Assembly (NCBI GenBank): GCA_964647565.1
Contig: CAZYIM010000036.1
Span: 1 to 17,285 of the forward strand
Origin: an uncultured Methanosarcinales archaeon
GTDB lineage: Archaea > Nanobdellota > Nanobdellia > Woesearchaeales > CAZYIM01
DNA length: 17,285 nt
Direction: 5' to 3'
The notes below the pieces were generated by a model. That model saw nothing but the letters and a program-made list of their open reading frames with translations. It was not told the DNA's origin and did not search any database. The position numbers and the translations under genes were made by a program. Below are positions 15,254 to 17,285 of this stretch, in pieces. The stretch's first letter is position 1; the number at the start of each line of letters is the position of its first letter.

Positions 15254-17285
15254 ATGCTGGTGAAAAATAAACTAATATTTCTGATAACATGTACATTGAT
15301 TTTCTTCATCTTTATGAATTTTGGTTATGCATTCTGCGCTTGTATAAACGCAGATGATCTGGCACCGGGATTATCTTGTGTTGAACTAAACGGGAGCTGT
15401 GATTATAGCATTGACAGCAGTTCAATCTTGTATAAAAACATCAAGCAGTTATGGCATGGTAATGTGCTCGCAGCCAGGAGTTCAGGATCCTGCAATATCC
15501 CTGATGTAACAGTCACACCTATTGAATCCACATGCTGCAGTGCATTGGGTGGCCCTGATATTGATGCTAATAACCAATGTGACTACGATCCAAATATCTA
15601 TGTCAATGCAGGCTGGAATAGATTGGGATTCAGGGTTGCAGTAGAACAACCGTTTGTATATCAGATAGCGGGTGATGCTATATTCGTGATTGCAGATGAT
15701 GATTGCGACGGTTGGCAGGAACGTTTGATCATTAATTTAAGCGATTATCGCAATCTAAACAATTGCACATGGACAACTCCCCAAAATATATCTTTTAATT
15801 ATGAATGGGCCCTAAATGTCACTGTCGCCTTGAATTCCAGCCAGCAGCAGGAATTTGATATGGGATGTTCAGTCGATGCAGACTGCCTTGATATTGTAAC
15901 TGACAATACATCCTGGTCTCTTCCAAACGGTGTCAGCACTGCTTGTTCAGCAGATAATATCTGTAGCTATGCCCTGAACACGACTCATGAGATCTATGGC
16001 AACCTTAAACATCTTTGGCAGGGTAATATTTTGGCAGCCAGGAGTTCAGGGACCTGTGAGATTCCAGATATAACAATAAATCCGATCGAAGCCACTTGCT
16101 GTCCTGCTTTGGGTGGACCTGATACTGATTATAATGAACTTTGCGATGCAGATCCTTTAATCTGGCTTACTCCAAGCTGGCTGCGCTTAGGATTTGCAAT
16201 ACCTGGCGAGCATGAATATGTATACATGGTTGCTAATGACGAGATACAGGCAATTAGTGACCGCTATTGTGATGCAACAAAAGAAATCCTGGCAATTAAC
16301 CTTAGTGATTATTTGATCCAGGAGTCTTGCGGCTGGCAATCACTAGATGCGATTGAGTATAAATATGGCAATACCAATCTGTTCAACATCAGCCTGACTC
16401 TAGCTCAAGAACCTGATTTTTCAGTTGCTTGTTCCCAGGATTCAGATTGTTTTGATATAATTGACAATGCCTCCTGGTTCCTTTCACCTGGTATTAGCGC
16501 TGCCTGCGGGGCAAACAATGTCTGTAGTTATGCATTGAATGACAGCTCTGAGATCTACAAGAATCTTAAGCATCTGTGGCAGGCTAATGTGATGGCTGCC
16601 AAAAGTTCAGGCTCGTGTGATATTCCAGATGCTTCTTTTAGACCAGTTGAATATACCTGCTGCAATGCTCTTGGAGGGCCAGATATAAACGGCAACAACC
16701 TCTGTGATCATGATCCTGCAATTTGGACTGACTGGTGGTGGATGCGTTTGGGATTCATATTGGAAGGCGAACATGCATATGTTTATGGAGTCCAAAATGA
16801 TGGAATTTCTGCATTTAATGACGTCTATTGTGACGGGACCTTAGATGGTTTTGTAATAAACCTGACTGAATATGTAAATCAAGGCAGTTGTAATTGGACT
16901 AATTTGGATCATGTTGAATACTTTAGTGGCTCAAACAAACTCTTCAATATCAGCTTAACATCTGGCCAGCAGTCAGAGTTCTCTGTTGCCTGCGCCCAGG
17001 ATTCAGATTGTGACGGCATTGTTGGCCAAGGCTGGTTCATGCCGCCTGGAGTGAATGCCAGCTGTGAAGAAGCTGATTCGATATGCAGCTATGAGCTTCA
17101 GACAGGTACTGAGGTAAAGGCCAATCTTGAGGACCTCTATTTAGGTTTTATGGAGTCGACTCAAAGCTCAGGCAACTGCAGCCCGCCATCCAACCAGGTC
17201 ACGCCTGTTGAAGCTACTTGTTGTGCTGCGCTTGGAGGTCCGGATATAGATCTAAACAATATGTGTGATGTAGATGTATCTGTTT
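15254..17285 (+). CDS. Large secreted Cys-rich repeat (surface) protein, 3'-truncated by the window and not in the ORF track
   Basis: Manual translation from ATG 15254 (GGGGTG SD-like at 15247-15252, TATA-like AAAATATAAATA near 15200-15211) is open for 677 codons to the window end. It begins with the signal peptide MLVKNKLIFLITCTLIFFIFMNFGYA and continues into tandem repeats. Confidence 0.92.
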   Translation, partial: MLVKNKLIFLITCTLIFFIFMNFGYAFCACINADDLAPGLSCVELNGSCDYSIDSSSILYKNIKQLWHGNVLAARSSGSCNIPDVTVTPIESTCCSALGGPDIDANNQCDYDPNIYVNAGWNRLGFRVAVEQPFVYQIAGDAIFVIADDDCDGWQERLIINLSDYRNLNNCTWTTPQNISFNYEWALNVTVALNSSQQQEFDMGCSVDADCLDIVTDNTSWSLPNGVSTACSADNICSYALNTTHEIYGNLKHLWQGNILAARSSGTCEIPDITINPIEATCCPALGGPDTDYNELCDADPLIWLTPSWLRLGFAIPGEHEYVYMVANDEIQAISDRYCDATKEILAINLSDYLIQESCGWQSLDAIEYKYGNTNLFNISLTLAQEPDFSVACSQDSDCFDIIDNASWFLSPGISAACGANNVCSYALNDSSEIYKNLKHLWQANVMAAKSSGSCDIPDASFRPVEYTCCNALGGPDINGNNLCDHDPAIWTDWWWMRLGFILEGEHAYVYGVQNDGISAFNDVYCDGTLDGFVINLTEYVNQGSCNWTNLDHVEYFSGSNKLFNISLTSGQQSEFSVACAQDSDCDGIVGQGWFMPPGVNASCEEADSICSYELQTGTEVKANLEDLYLGFMESTQSSGNCSPPSNQVTPVEATCCAALGGPDIDLNNMCDVDVSV
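15398..17285 (+). repeat. Intragenic tandem repeat with a 561-564 nt period (187-188 aa); three full units plus a partial fourth
   Basis: The CC of the TCCxALGGPD motif starts at 15533, 16097, 16658 and 17219, all in the same frame. GCAGCCAGGAGTTCAGG and CCCAGGATTCAGATTGT each occur twice as exact DNA copies. Confidence 0.95.

Noticed and set aside
3416..16795. Short overlapping or antisense ORFs in the track (for example 3416..3661, 3805..4002, 5301..5540, 5953..6255, 6240..6638, 7214..7894, 9889..10799 minus, 12173..12568, 13635..14407, 14952..15212, 16607..16795)
   Set aside because: They lie within or antisense to longer, better-supported genes and show no SD/TATA support or recognisable domains. 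16607..16795 is antisense to the large repeat-protein ORF.
15398..17285. Repeats as a CRISPR array or non-coding region
   Set aside because: The period is about 561 nt, in frame and conserved at the protein level. The region is missing from the ORF track most likely because the stop codon lies beyond the window.

Overview
AT-rich window that is most likely archaeal. The evidence is BRE/TATA elements 21-23 nt upstream of leaderless ATGs, GGAGGT/GGGGTG ribosome-binding sites, an AbrB-PhoU regulator and a Dph6 diphthamide synthetase domain. The gene content fits a DPANN (Woesearchaeota-like) lineage, but that placement is inference. From left to right the window holds: three tandem paralogous hypothetical genes, an isolated purM, a small hypothetical gene, an acetyl-CoA hydrolase/CoA-transferase, an AbrB-PhoU regulator, a membrane-anchored protein followed by a TPR/APH-like kinase fusion, three exported proteins (two with nearly identical leaders), a degenerate STAS protein behind a three-hairpin leader, an exported Ig-like protein, an RHH/RelE type II toxin-antitoxin pair, and an asparagine-synthetase-domain/Dph6 fusion. 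It ends in a large secreted Cys-rich protein absent from the ORF track (15254 to the window end), built from about 187-aa tandem repeats that resemble bacterial type IV pilin head domains. No rRNA, tRNA, CRISPR array or transposase was recognised.
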